Assembly: GCA_015069575.1 (NCBI GenBank) | Contig: SVIH01000004.1 | Span: forward strand, 54,859-118,858 | DNA: 64,000 nt | Origin: Clostridiales bacterium | Lineage (GTDB): Bacteria; Bacillota; Clostridia; Christensenellales; QALW01 | Reading direction: 5' to 3' | Shown here: positions 9,087 through 18,279 of the stretch, in pieces | How the letters are laid out: each line of letters begins with the position of its first letter | Numbering within the stretch: the stretch's first letter is position 1 | Notes under the pieces: generated by a model | Databases searched by the model: none | What the model was told of the DNA's origin: nothing | What the model saw: only the letters and a program-made list of their open reading frames with translations | Made by a program: the position numbers and the translations under genes

Positions 9087-10454
9087 ATGAATTTTGATGT
9101 AATTATCATCGGCGCAGGTCCTGGCGGAATTTTCGCAGCATACGAACTTATGCAAAAAAAACCTGAATTAAAGGTTGCCGTTTTTGAAGCAGGTCATCCT
9201 TTGGCAAAACGCCATTGCCCTATTGACGGTGATAAAATAAAAAGTTGTATCGGTTGCAAAACTTGCAGTATTATGAGTGGTTTTGGCGGCGCAGGTGCGT
9301 TTTCTGATGGTAAATATAACATTACCAATGATTTTGGCGGAACTCTTTATGAATACATTGGTAAAAAACAGGCTCTTGATTTAATGCGCTATGTTGATGA
9401 AATCAATCTCTGCTATGGCGGAAGCGGTACAAAATTATATTCTACAGCCGGTACGCGCTTTAAAACTATCTGCATTCAAAATGATTTGCACCTGTTGGAC
9501 GCTTCTGTTCGCCATCTTGGTACAGACATTAATTATATAGTGCTTGAAAATCTTTATTCATACCTTGAAAATAAAGTTCAGTTTTTCTTTGATACCCCTG
9601 TAACAACTGTAGAAAGTGCAGAAAACGGTTACGATATTATCTGTCAGAATGAAAAGTATCATTGTACCGATTGTATAATTTCTGCAGGACGCAGTGGTAG
9701 TAAATGGATGGAAGCTGTTTGTAAAAACCTTGATATTCCTACAAAATCAAACCGTGTTGATATAGGTGTTCGCGTAGAATTGCCCGCAGAAGTTTTTGCG
9801 CATCTTACTGATGAACTTTACGAAAGCAAAATTGTTTATTGCACAGAAAAATATGGTGATAGAGTGCGCACTTTCTGCATGAATCCCAAAGGCGCGGTGG
9901 TAAACGAAAACACGAATGGTATTATTACGGTAAACGGTCACAGTTATGAAGATCCTAAAAAACAAACAGAAAACACAAACTTTGCCTTGCTTGTTGCCAA
10001 ACATTTTTCAGATCCGTTTAAAGATTCTAACGGTTATGGTGAATCTATTGCCCGACTTAGCAATATGCTTGGTGGCGGAGTAATTGTTCAGCGTTTTGGT
10101 GATCTTATCCGCGGACGTCGTTCCACGCCAAACCGTATTGAAGAAGCATTTATTACGCCCACACTTAACGCAACACCAGGTGATTTAAGTTTAGTTTTAC
10201 CTAAGCGTATTCTTGATGGCATTATTGAAATGATTTATGCTTTAGATAAAGTTGCGCCCGGAACAGCAAACGATGATACATTGCTTTACGGCGTGGAAGT
10301 TAAATTCTACAATATGGAAGTAGAAGTAAATGAAAATCTTGAAACAAGGCATAACGGCCTTTATATAATAGGTGATGGCAGTGGTATTACCCATTCGCTT
10401 TCACATGCATCAGCAAGTGGTGTTTATGTTGCGCGCAACATAACACAAAAATAA
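9087..10454 (+). CDS. FAD-dependent oxidoreductase (COG2509-like, uncharacterized)
   Basis: 455 aa; N-terminal dinucleotide fold DVIIIGAGPGGIFAA; C-terminal GDGSG motif. Confidence 0.8.
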   Translation: MNFDVIIIGAGPGGIFAAYELMQKKPELKVAVFEAGHPLAKRHCPIDGDKIKSCIGCKTCSIMSGFGGAGAFSDGKYNITNDFGGTLYEYIGKKQALDLMRYVDEINLCYGGSGTKLYSTAGTRFKTICIQNDLHLLDASVRHLGTDINYIVLENLYSYLENKVQFFFDTPVTTVESAENGYDIICQNEKYHCTDCIISAGRSGSKWMEAVCKNLDIPTKSNRVDIGVRVELPAEVFAHLTDELYESKIVYCTEKYGDRVRTFCMNPKGAVVNENTNGIITVNGHSYEDPKKQTENTNFALLVAKHFSDPFKDSNGYGESIARLSNMLGGGVIVQRFGDLIRGRRSTPNRIEEAFITPTLNATPGDLSLVLPKRILDGIIEMIYALDKVAPGTANDDTLLYGVEVKFYNMEVEVNENLETRHNGLYIIGDGSGITHSLSHASASGVYVARNITQK

Positions 10455-10455
10455 A

Positions 10456-10737
10456 TTGGTTAATTTAGGACAATCAGATAATGGAATTACTACAGTAAAA
10501 TTTTTCCCTGCCAACATCTGCGGTGGACTTGATGCTATCAAGGCACTTTCCGCACCGTTTCCGCAAGTTAAGTTTATTCCAACAGGCGGCGTTGACAGAA
10601 GTAATATTGATCAGTTTTTGGCTTTTGAAAAGATAGCCGCTATTGGCGGTAGCTTTTTTGTTAAGGAAGCCCTTGAAAAAATGGAGAATAAACAAAAAAA
10701 TAAAGAAGCAGAAAAATCTGCTTCTTTTATTATTTAA
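10456..10737 (+). pseudogene. Truncated remnant of KDPG/KHG aldolase (eda), C-terminal third only
   Basis: VKFFPA...GG...PFPQVKFIPTGGV...IGGS matches the last ~70 aa of Eda-family aldolases. The N-terminal ~125 aa are absent; the ORF abuts the preceding stop and runs into a terminator hairpin. Confidence 0.65.
10702..10727. terminator. Bidirectional hairpin terminator between convergent genes
   Basis: AAAGAAGCAG-loop-CTGCTTCTTT flanked by A/T runs. Confidence 0.6.
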
Positions 10738-12118
10738 AAAATTCACCCATTGCAAGATATGTCATATAAACATCTAACTTTGAAACTGTCTCATATGGCG
10801 CGTGCATTGAAAGAACAGGCACGCCTAAATCAACTGTATCAATGTCCAGTGAAGCAACGTACTGCGCAACAGTTCCGCCGCCACCAATATCAACCTTACC
10901 AAGTTCACCTGTTTGCCAAACGATATTTGCTGAATCAAGCATTTTACGAATTTGTGCCATATATTCAGCAGAGGCATCGTTTGAACCGCTTTTACCGCGG
11001 GCGCCTGTATATTTCGTAATAACTACGCCGTTATTAACAAACGAGGCGTTTTTCTTTTCAAAAACATCCTGGAAAGTTGGATCAACTGCCGCATTAACAT
11101 CAGCAGAAAGGCACTGTGATTTTCTTAAAGCATCCTGGGGTTCAACACCCTGCATTCTTGCGATATCGCTGATAATATGCAAAAGGAAATTTGAATTGAG
11201 GCCTGTGTTACCAACTGAGCCGATTTCTTCCTTGTCCGCTAAAACGCAAATGGCTGTTTTTTCAGGCACTTTAATTTTAGTTAATGCCATTAAAGAAGGA
11301 TATGCGCAAACCCTGTCATCGTGACCGTAAGAACCGATTAACGCCCTGTCAAAGCCAACATCCTGTGCCTTGAAGGCAGGAACGATTTCAAGTTCTGCTG
11401 AAAGGAAATCGCTTTCAGTAACGCCATATTTTTCATAAAGAATATTTAAGATATTTAATTTAACAAGTTCACTACCTTCATCGGCTTTAAATGGAAAACT
11501 ACCAACTAAAACATTTAATTCTTCACCTTTAATACCTTCGTTTAAGGTACGCTTGTTTTGTTCGCTTGCTAAATGAGGCAAAAGATCGTTAATTACAAAA
11601 ACAGGATCTGAAGCATCTTCGCCAATTTTAACATTTATAGTTTCACCGTTCTTTTTAACAAAAACGCCGTGCAACGCCAAGGGAATTGTTGCCCACTGAT
11701 ATTTTCTTACACCGCCATAATAATGAGTTTTAAAAAGTGCAAGGTCAATTTCTTCATAAAGGGGATTAGGTTTAAGGTCAAGCCTTGGCGAATCAATGTG
11801 TGCCGCGCCTATTCTTACACCGTTTTCTACACTTTCACTACCAACAACAACGAAAACTGCACTCTTTTTGCGGTTATTTATATAATATCTGTCACCCGCA
11901 ACATATTTTTTGCCTTTTTCATATTCGCTAAAGCCATTTTCTGAAGCAATTTTAATTGCCTCTGTAACTGCTTCCCTTTCGGTTTTTGCGTTATCAAGAA
12001 ATTTTTTATAATCTTCGCAAAAAGCGTAGGCTTCCTTTATCTGTTCTTCCGTTGCCTTTTTTAAGCCGTTTCTTGTATCTGAAAAAAGCTTTTCTTTTAA
12101 TTCTTTTATATCTGCCAT
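10730..12118 (-). CDS. M18-family aminopeptidase
   Basis: 462 aa; HIDSPRLDLKPNP and HDDRVC motifs typical of M18/aminopeptidase I-type zinc peptidases. Confidence 0.85.
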   Translation of the reverse strand: MADIKELKEKLFSDTRNGLKKATEEQIKEAYAFCEDYKKFLDNAKTEREAVTEAIKIASENGFSEYEKGKKYVAGDRYYINNRKKSAVFVVVGSESVENGVRIGAAHIDSPRLDLKPNPLYEEIDLALFKTHYYGGVRKYQWATIPLALHGVFVKKNGETINVKIGEDASDPVFVINDLLPHLASEQNKRTLNEGIKGEELNVLVGSFPFKADEGSELVKLNILNILYEKYGVTESDFLSAELEIVPAFKAQDVGFDRALIGSYGHDDRVCAYPSLMALTKIKVPEKTAICVLADKEEIGSVGNTGLNSNFLLHIISDIARMQGVEPQDALRKSQCLSADVNAAVDPTFQDVFEKKNASFVNNGVVITKYTGARGKSGSNDASAEYMAQIRKMLDSANIVWQTGELGKVDIGGGGTVAQYVASLDIDTVDLGVPVLSMHAPYETVSKLDVYMTYLAMGEFFK

Positions 12119-12130
12119 AAAATTACTCTC

Positions 12131-12994
12131 CTATTTATTAAGTATATTATATAATTTATCGGATATAATTGCAAGATTTTTAATTGAAAGCGCTTCACCG
12201 CGAATAGTTTTAGAAAAACCGCATTCTTCAATTATATTTTCTGCAGTTTCTCTATTTATATTAAAAGATGCAATTAAATTGTTTGCCAAAGTTTTTCTGC
12301 GCATTGAAAACGCTGCTTTAACCGTTTTAAAAAACATTTCTTCATCTTTTACATCAACAAGCGGTTTTTCCAATCTTTCAAGGCGGATTACCTGCGAATC
12401 AACCTTTGGCGCAGGATAAAAACAACTTGCAGGAATCTTTGAGCAAAGGCTTGCTTTTGTGTAAAACTGCACCGCACAGGTTAACGCCCCGTATTCCTTG
12501 GTGTTTTCCTTTGCCGCCATTCTTTGCGCAACTTCCTTTTGCACTAAAACGGTGATGGTTTTAAACTTTACACCGCTTTCTAAAAGGGACATTATAATGG
12601 GCGTTGTAATGTAATAAGGCAGGTTTGCGCAAACGACAAAATCTTCTTCCAATTCTTCTTCGTAAAACTTTTTAATATCAAGCGCTAAAAAATCGGCATT
12701 TATTACCTTAATATTATCAAATCCATCTAAAGTTTGCTTATGCACCGGCAAAAGAGATTTATCCACTTCAACAGAAACAACTCTTTTTCCTTTTTGCGCA
12801 AGAACTCTTGTTAAAGTGCCTGCGCCTGTGCCGATTTCAAGCACGGTGTTCTCTTTTGTAACTAGCGCATCATCGGCAATCATATTAAGGATTCGTTCAT
12901 CCCACAAAAAGTTCTGCCCTAAAGATTTAGAAAATCCAAAGCCTGTTTCATTAAAAATACGTTTTAGTTCGTTGCCCGTAAGTTTCTGGATCAT
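12131..12994 (-). CDS. rsmA: 16S rRNA (adenine1518/1519-N6)-dimethyltransferase
   Basis: 287 aa; KSLGQNFL, SAM motif EIGTGAGTLT, NLPY. Confidence 0.93.
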   Translation of the reverse strand: MIQKLTGNELKRIFNETGFGFSKSLGQNFLWDERILNMIADDALVTKENTVLEIGTGAGTLTRVLAQKGKRVVSVEVDKSLLPVHKQTLDGFDNIKVINADFLALDIKKFYEEELEEDFVVCANLPYYITTPIIMSLLESGVKFKTITVLVQKEVAQRMAAKENTKEYGALTCAVQFYTKASLCSKIPASCFYPAPKVDSQVIRLERLEKPLVDVKDEEMFFKTVKAAFSMRRKTLANNLIASFNINRETAENIIEECGFSKTIRGEALSIKNLAIISDKLYNILNK

Positions 12995-14877
12995 TCACTT
13001 AATTCCATCCATTCTTCCATTAGTTTATCAAGTTTTTCTTTTAATAAATTATACTGTTCCTGAGTTTTTAATAATTTTTCCTGGTCCTGATAAATTTCGC
13101 CCTTAGCAAAAATTTCTTCGATTTTCTGAATACTTTCTTCAGCTTCCTGAATCTCTTTTTCAATATTGCGAATGCGCGCTCTTTTTTGCTTTTCCTGTTC
13201 CCTTGATTGTTTTTCCTTTTGCCTTTCTTTATTGGCTTGGGTTTTGTTAATTTCCTGTTTGACGAAAGGCGCGTTTTCTTCTTTTATTGATTGAAGATAA
13301 TCGTCATAATTACCTTTAAAAACGCAAATTTTGCCGTTTTCTACAATCCAAAGAGTTTGTGCAATACGGTTAATAAAATATCTATCGTGCGAAACAGCAA
13401 TTAAAGTGCCATCAAATCTTTCAAGGGCATCTTCCAGAACCTCGCGGGAATCCATATCCAAGTGGTTGGTAGGTTCATCGAGTATTAATGTGTTTGCGCC
13501 CATAACTGAAAGTTGTGCTAAAGCCACTCTTGCTCTTTCACCGCCTGAAAGCACACTGCCCTGTTTAAAAACATCTTCCCCAAAAAACAGCATTGAAGCG
13601 CAACGGGTGCGCACCTGTGTTTGCGATAAATCACGGTTGCCCCACCACACCATATCCATAATGGTATCGGCGCCCATAAACTGTTTCTGACCTTGTTCAT
13701 AATATCCGATATCAACATTTACGCCTTTTGTAACATTTCCTTTTTTGGCTTGTTTTTTATTTAACAAAAGTTCCATTAATGTTGTTTTTCCTGCACCGTT
13801 TGGTCCGATTATAATTATTTTTTCGCCTTGCTTTATGTCGTAAGAAAAATCTTGAAAAAGTGTTCTCTCTTCAAAGCCCATTGAAAGATTCCGTATTTTA
13901 AAAACATCGCCGCCTGAGAATCTTTCCATATTAAACATAAGCCTCATATCACTATGGCTTTGCGGCGCATCAATAAGTTCCATTTTATCAAGAACTTTTT
14001 CTCTGCTTTCTGCTGCACGGATAGATTTTTCCCTGTTAAATTGCCTGAACCGCGCAATAATTGCCCTTTGGCGCTTTATTTCATCTTGCTGTTTTTCATA
14101 AAGACGCTGATTTGATCTTAATTCTTCTTCCCATTTAACAGTATAATCTGTATAGTTGCCCTTAAAATATCTTAACTTGCCGTTTTCGATCTGGGCAACC
14201 CCTGAACAGAGTTTATCCATCATATATCTATCATGAGAAATTAAAACTACTGTACCATTATATCTTAACAAAAAATCCGTAAGCCATTGTGCCGCATTAA
14301 TATCAAGATGGTTCGTGGGTTCATCTAACAGCAGTACATCATTATTTTCTAAAAGCATTTTTGCTAAAGCAAGGCGTGTTTTTTCTCCGCCTGAAAGCGT
14401 GCAGACAGGTTTATCCCAAAAATCTTCAGTTAAGCCTAGTCCTTTTAAAACGCCTGTAAGCCTGCTTTTCCAACCGTAACCGCCAAGATTCTCAAACTCC
14501 TGCTGGGCAAAGTTATATTTTTCACCTAATAAATCTATGTCCGCATCAGGTTTTGCCATATCTTCTTCAAGCCTGTGCAGTCTTTCTTCTGCTTTAAATA
14601 AAGGATCAAAAGTTTTAGTGGCTTCTTCAATAACCGTCTCAACACCGTCTAGTGTATGATGTTGCTGAAGATATCCTATTTTTAACCCTTTTTGCAAAAG
14701 TATACTGCCTGAATAATCTACAATGCCCATAATGGCTTTAAATAATGTAGTTTTTCCTGCACCGTTAAGCCCTGTTAACCCTATACACTGACCCTTTTGT
14801 ATTTGCAGTGTAATATCAGAAAAAATATTTTTTCCATCAAAGGTAACGGTTAAATTATTTATATCAATAAGTATCAT
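12991..14877 (-). CDS. ABC-F family ATPase (two ABC domains, C-terminal coiled coil)
   Basis: Walker A GLNGAGKTT and GPNGAGKTT; signatures LSGGEK and LSGGER; no TM domain; K/E-rich tail. ATG 14877 chosen as start. Confidence 0.9.
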   Translation of the reverse strand: MILIDINNLTVTFDGKNIFSDITLQIQKGQCIGLTGLNGAGKTTLFKAIMGIVDYSGSILLQKGLKIGYLQQHHTLDGVETVIEEATKTFDPLFKAEERLHRLEEDMAKPDADIDLLGEKYNFAQQEFENLGGYGWKSRLTGVLKGLGLTEDFWDKPVCTLSGGEKTRLALAKMLLENNDVLLLDEPTNHLDINAAQWLTDFLLRYNGTVVLISHDRYMMDKLCSGVAQIENGKLRYFKGNYTDYTVKWEEELRSNQRLYEKQQDEIKRQRAIIARFRQFNREKSIRAAESREKVLDKMELIDAPQSHSDMRLMFNMERFSGGDVFKIRNLSMGFEERTLFQDFSYDIKQGEKIIIIGPNGAGKTTLMELLLNKKQAKKGNVTKGVNVDIGYYEQGQKQFMGADTIMDMVWWGNRDLSQTQVRTRCASMLFFGEDVFKQGSVLSGGERARVALAQLSVMGANTLILDEPTNHLDMDSREVLEDALERFDGTLIAVSHDRYFINRIAQTLWIVENGKICVFKGNYDDYLQSIKEENAPFVKQEINKTQANKERQKEKQSREQEKQKRARIRNIEKEIQEAEESIQKIEEIFAKGEIYQDQEKLLKTQEQYNLLKEKLDKLMEEWMELSE

Positions 14878-14880
14878 TTC

Positions 14881-14909
14881 AAAAAACAAGGGGCTTCATT
14901 TAAGCCCCT
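14881..14909 (-). terminator. Intrinsic terminator after rny, immediately upstream of the ABC-F start
   Basis: Minus strand AGGGGCTT-AAATG-AAGCCCCT followed by TGTTTTTT; the ABC-F ATG lies 4 nt after the U-run. Confidence 0.6.
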
Positions 14910-14924
14910 ATATATCAATTTTAT

Positions 14925-16466
14925 TTATTTTGCGTATTCAACCATTCTTGTTTCACGCACAACGTTTACCTTTATCTGTCCTGGGTAAACCATATCTGTT
15001 TCTATGCGTTTTGCAATATCTCTTGCCATTAAAACAGTAGCTTCTTCCGAAACAACTTCGGGCTTAACGATAATACGGATTTCCCTACCTGCTTGTACAG
15101 CAAATGAACGCTCAACGCCATTAAATGAGTTCGCAATTTCCTCAAGTTGTTCAAGACGCTTAATGTATGCTTCAAGAGTTTCCCTTCTTGCACCGGGCCT
15201 TGCACCTGAAATAGCATCAGCCGCCTGAACAAGTACTGCCTCGATAGTCTGCGGTTCAACATCATTATGGTGGGCAGCAATACAATGAATAACTTCATTG
15301 TTTTCACGATACTTCTTTGCTAAATCTACGCCAATCTGAATATGTGTGCCTTCAACCTCATGGTCAACTGCCTTACCAATATCGTGCAACAAGCCTGCGC
15401 GCTTTGCTAAAGTAATATCTGCGCCGACTTCACCTGCAAGAAGACCTGCAATATAGGAAACTTCCAATGAATGTTTCAGTACATTCTGACCGTAGCTTGT
15501 ACGGTATTTAAGCCTACCTAAAATCTTAACAAGTTCAGGGTGAATATTGTGAATGCCTGCATCAAATACAGTTGCTTCACCGGCTTCTTTTATCTGCTGT
15601 TCAACTTCCTTGCGTGCCTTTTCAACCATATCTTCAATGCGGGTTGGATGTATTCTGCCATCAACAATAAGCCGTTCAAGAGCAATTCTTGCAATATCCC
15701 TTCTGACAGGATCAAATGATGAAAGTATAACTGCTTCAGGAGTATCATCAATAATTAACTCAACACCGGTTGCAGTTTCAATAGCCTTAATGTTTCTGCC
15801 TTCCCTACCGATAATGCGTCCCTTCATTTCATCATTTGGAAGCGCAACAACAGAAACAGTAGTTTCGGCAACATGGTCAGCAGCGCAACGCTGAATTGCC
15901 ATTGTAATAATATTTCTGGCAATTTTCTCACCATCGTTTTTAGCCTGTGCTTCGATTTCTTTTACTTTTAAAGCAGCATCGTGGCGTGCTTCGTTTTCAA
16001 CTGAATCGATTAACGACTGCTTTGCATCTTCCGCAGAAAGACCTGCAACTTTTTCAAGTTCTTCGATTCTGCGTTTGTTTAATTCTTCTGCAGCGGCTAA
16101 ATCATCTTCAAGTTCTTTTTCTTTTTTAGCAAATTTTTCTTCTTTTAATTCAAGGGAAGCCATTTTTCTATCCATCTGTTCTTCCCTTTGCATAACGCGT
16201 TTTTCTAATTTAGAAACTTCGTTACGGCGTTCCTTACATTCTGCATCACAGTCACTGCGTAAGCGGTGAACTTCTTCTTTTGCTTCGGAAATTCTTTCTT
16301 TTGAAAGGAATTCCGCTCTGCTTTTTGCGTCTTCAAGAATGCGGTTAGCGGCTTCTTCAGCCCTGCCCATTCTTGCTTCAATTGTCCGTTTTTGTATTAA
16401 ACTGCCAACAACAAGCCCAACAATAAGGGTTGCCACGGCAATAACTATACCTAACCATAATTCCAT
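14925..16466 (-). CDS. rny: Ribonuclease Y
   Basis: N-terminal TM helix, coiled coil, KH domain ([11 protein letters not shown]), HD domain (HDIGK). Start set to ATG 16466 downstream of GGAGGTG. Confidence 0.93.
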   Translation of the reverse strand: MELWLGIVIAVATLIVGLVVGSLIQKRTIEARMGRAEEAANRILEDAKSRAEFLSKERISEAKEEVHRLRSDCDAECKERRNEVSKLEKRVMQREEQMDRKMASLELKEEKFAKKEKELEDDLAAAEELNKRRIEELEKVAGLSAEDAKQSLIDSVENEARHDAALKVKEIEAQAKNDGEKIARNIITMAIQRCAADHVAETTVSVVALPNDEMKGRIIGREGRNIKAIETATGVELIIDDTPEAVILSSFDPVRRDIARIALERLIVDGRIHPTRIEDMVEKARKEVEQQIKEAGEATVFDAGIHNIHPELVKILGRLKYRTSYGQNVLKHSLEVSYIAGLLAGEVGADITLAKRAGLLHDIGKAVDHEVEGTHIQIGVDLAKKYRENNEVIHCIAAHHNDVEPQTIEAVLVQAADAISGARPGARRETLEAYIKRLEQLEEIANSFNGVERSFAVQAGREIRIIVKPEVVSEEATVLMARDIAKRIETDMVYPGQIKVNVVRETRMVEYAK

Positions 16467-16553
16467 ATGCTTTAACACCTCCTGTATTAAAATTTTTAAG
16501 TTATACGAAATTTATTTAAACAAACAAAAATTGAAAATATTTCCGCTGATACC

Positions 16554-16582
16554 ATTATACAGTATTAATGCTTGAATGTCAA
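16554..16582 (-). promoter_or_regulatory. Consensus sigma-A promoter of rny
   Basis: Minus strand TTGACA-17 nt-TATAAT. Confidence 0.65.
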
Positions 16583-16617
16583 CAATATATGTTGTTGTAT
16601 TCATACGATAAATAGCG

Positions 16618-16647
16618 AAAGCCAACGGATTATCCGTTGGCTTTTTT
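16618..16647. terminator. Hairpin terminator downstream of the 115-aa membrane protein gene
   Basis: AAAGCCAACGGA-TTA-TCCGTTGGCTTT with flanking T-runs. Confidence 0.55.
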
Positions 16648-16674
16648 GTTAGAATATTACTATTCTTTTATTGC

Positions 16675-17022
16675 TTATTGTTTTTCTTTTTTCTTTTTCA
16701 GTTTTTTGCATATTGAATATAATATCCACGCTAATATAATTCCCGCAAAACAAAACAAAAGCGGAATAGCCAAAACAAAAGCTGCTGCAACAATTGTTAA
16801 CTTATCTAACGAATATATTCCTATCCATAAAACTATCAGCACGATATGAAATATCATCAATGCTAAAAAAGAAATAACAGGAGCAAATTTTATTTTTTGG
16901 TGTTTTTTCGCAAAACAACAGATAGTTTGGATGATGAAAAATAAGAAAAAACCAATATACCCCGCTTCATATGGATGATTAAGATACTCTTGAAACAATG
17001 CTTTTAAAAACTCCATTTTCAT
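16675..17022 (-). CDS. Small membrane protein (three predicted TM helices), unknown function
   Basis: 115-aa ORF with hydrophobic segments and a K-rich C-terminus; driven by the duplicated promoter copy A. Confidence 0.5.
   Translation of the reverse strand: MKMEFLKALFQEYLNHPYEAGYIGFFLFFIIQTICCFAKKHQKIKFAPVISFLALMIFHIVLIVLWIGIYSLDKLTIVAAAFVLAIPLLFCFAGIILAWILYSICKKLKKKKEKQ
16678..16712. repeat. 35-bp perfect direct repeat, copy 1
   Basis: TTGTTTTTCTTTTTTCTTTTTCAGTTTTTTGCATA, identical to 17067-17101; encodes the C-terminus of the 115-aa ORF. Confidence 0.9.
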
Positions 17023-17100
17023 TTATCCTTTCATTTTTCGTTTGTTTGCTCGGATTCTACCAAATCTTGTTTTTCTTTTTTCTTTTTCAGTTTTTTGCAT
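17023..17100 (-). CDS. Possible 25-codon upstream ORF (basic peptide MQKTEKEKRKTRFGRIRANKRKMKG)
   Basis: Uses the duplicated RBS and ATGCAAAAAACT start of repeat copy A; its stop TAA abuts the ATG of the 115-aa ORF. Confidence 0.3.
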   Translation of the reverse strand: MQKTEKEKRKTRFGRIRANKRKMKG

Positions 17101-17101
17101 A
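17067..17101. repeat. 35-bp perfect direct repeat, copy 2
   Basis: Identical to 16678-16712; overlaps the start of the 250-bp repeat copy A. Confidence 0.9.
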
Positions 17102-17338
17102 ATATATGCTCCTTTCGTTATTTTGCTTTTATCTTTTTAATTAAAACAATACTATGCATTGGGCTCACCCTTTTTTGTTTTCTTAATTTCATATTAACAT
17201 ATTTATCCATTGTTTGTCAATATGCAAGCTTTGTCTTGTTTCTATTATATGCGCCTATTACTTATGCATCAATATTCTGTGCCTGAATTGTGTTTTTTAG
17301 GGATTGTTTTGTAATAAAAAAATAAAAGCCACTAAAAT
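17089..17338. repeat. About 250-bp direct repeat, copy A (duplicated promoter, leader, RBS and first 4 codons)
   Basis: Manual alignment to 20167-20412: four substitutions and one 4-nt indel. Confidence 0.95.
17191..17220 (-). promoter_or_regulatory. Candidate promoter inside repeat copy A
   Basis: Minus strand TTGACA-18 nt-TAATAT. Confidence 0.45.
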
Positions 17339-17379
17339 GATATGCACCCCAAAAGTTAGACACTTTTGGGGTGCATATC
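17339..17379 (-). terminator. Intrinsic terminator of the lectin-peptidase/lipoprotein operon
   Basis: Perfect 18-bp stem GATATGCACCCCAAAAGT/ACTTTTGGGGTGCATATC; T-rich tract follows on the minus strand. Confidence 0.7.
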
Positions 17380-17408
17380 AAAAATCGGGTTCGTTTGTAT
17401 AATTATAT

Positions 17409-18263
17409 CTATTTGACGGGAACGACAAATTCAAGTAATTCCGACTCACACATTTCGTATTCACCCATAGCAATAACCGCTTTAACTTCCATTTTACATA
17501 TTATAGCACGGTTGCCATCACTTAATATCGTTAAAGTGTAGTTTTGCTTTCCGTAATCAATTCTATCATAATTGTTTTTTATATTATTATAAATACAATC
17601 TACTTTTTCAGTTATTATTTGCTTAATCTTGTTAAAATTAATGTCTTCTGTTTTTGTATCAACAGGAATCCTATCAAGCATAAATGCCGAATACGAATAT
17701 ATAGTTCCGTCAAAATTGACGCTTAACCTTATCTGATCAGTTGTTTTAATTCCATTGATATATTTAACTAACGATATATCGTAATATTCTTTTTCTGTAT
17801 TTTTGTTAACGTTAATGGTGTATGGAGTTATATCAACTACACCACTTAAAAATTCCTTTGCTTTTTGCACACATTCTTCTTGTGAAAGAATGGCTCCTAT
17901 CAAATTCCTATCCGAATTAAAATAGCAAACCAGTTTTCCATTTTCATCAATACAAAACGAATCTCCGTTGCTTTGCTCATATTCAAATTCAGGATAATAA
18001 TTATATGATTTGAACCTTGTTTTCATATAGTTACCAGCAAAATCTTTGTCGTGTATCTTTGCGTTTATTTGTTTCTGAATTTTTATATCTTTATATTTTT
18101 CAGTATCCGCAAAATTATATTCCTTTTTCTTGTTGCTAGAACTGATCGAATCGGAAAAATCATGCAATAACGCAACATAAGAATTGCTTTCTTTGGACAC
18201 ATCACAACCAACAAAGCAAATGATTAACGCTATCAAAACTATAATACAATATATTTTTTTCAT
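17409..18263 (-). CDS. Lipoprotein, unknown function (partner of the upstream secreted protein)
   Basis: 284 aa from ATG 18263 (AAAGGAGG RBS placed just after the upstream stop). Signal peptide MKKIYCIIVLIALIICFVGC carries a lipobox. No family recognised. Confidence 0.75.
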   Translation of the reverse strand: MKKIYCIIVLIALIICFVGCDVSKESNSYVALLHDFSDSISSSNKKKEYNFADTEKYKDIKIQKQINAKIHDKDFAGNYMKTRFKSYNYYPEFEYEQSNGDSFCIDENGKLVCYFNSDRNLIGAILSQEECVQKAKEFLSGVVDITPYTINVNKNTEKEYYDISLVKYINGIKTTDQIRLSVNFDGTIYSYSAFMLDRIPVDTKTEDINFNKIKQIITEKVDCIYNNIKNNYDRIDYGKQNYTLTILSDGNRAIICKMEVKAVIAMGEYEMCESELLEFVVPVK

Positions 18264-18279
18264 ATATTTTAACCTCCTT

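Noticed and set aside
10474-10755. 93-aa minus-strand ORF antisense to the eda remnant
   Set aside because: Mirror-frame artefact of the aldolase fragment and terminator. No RBS or recognisable protein features.
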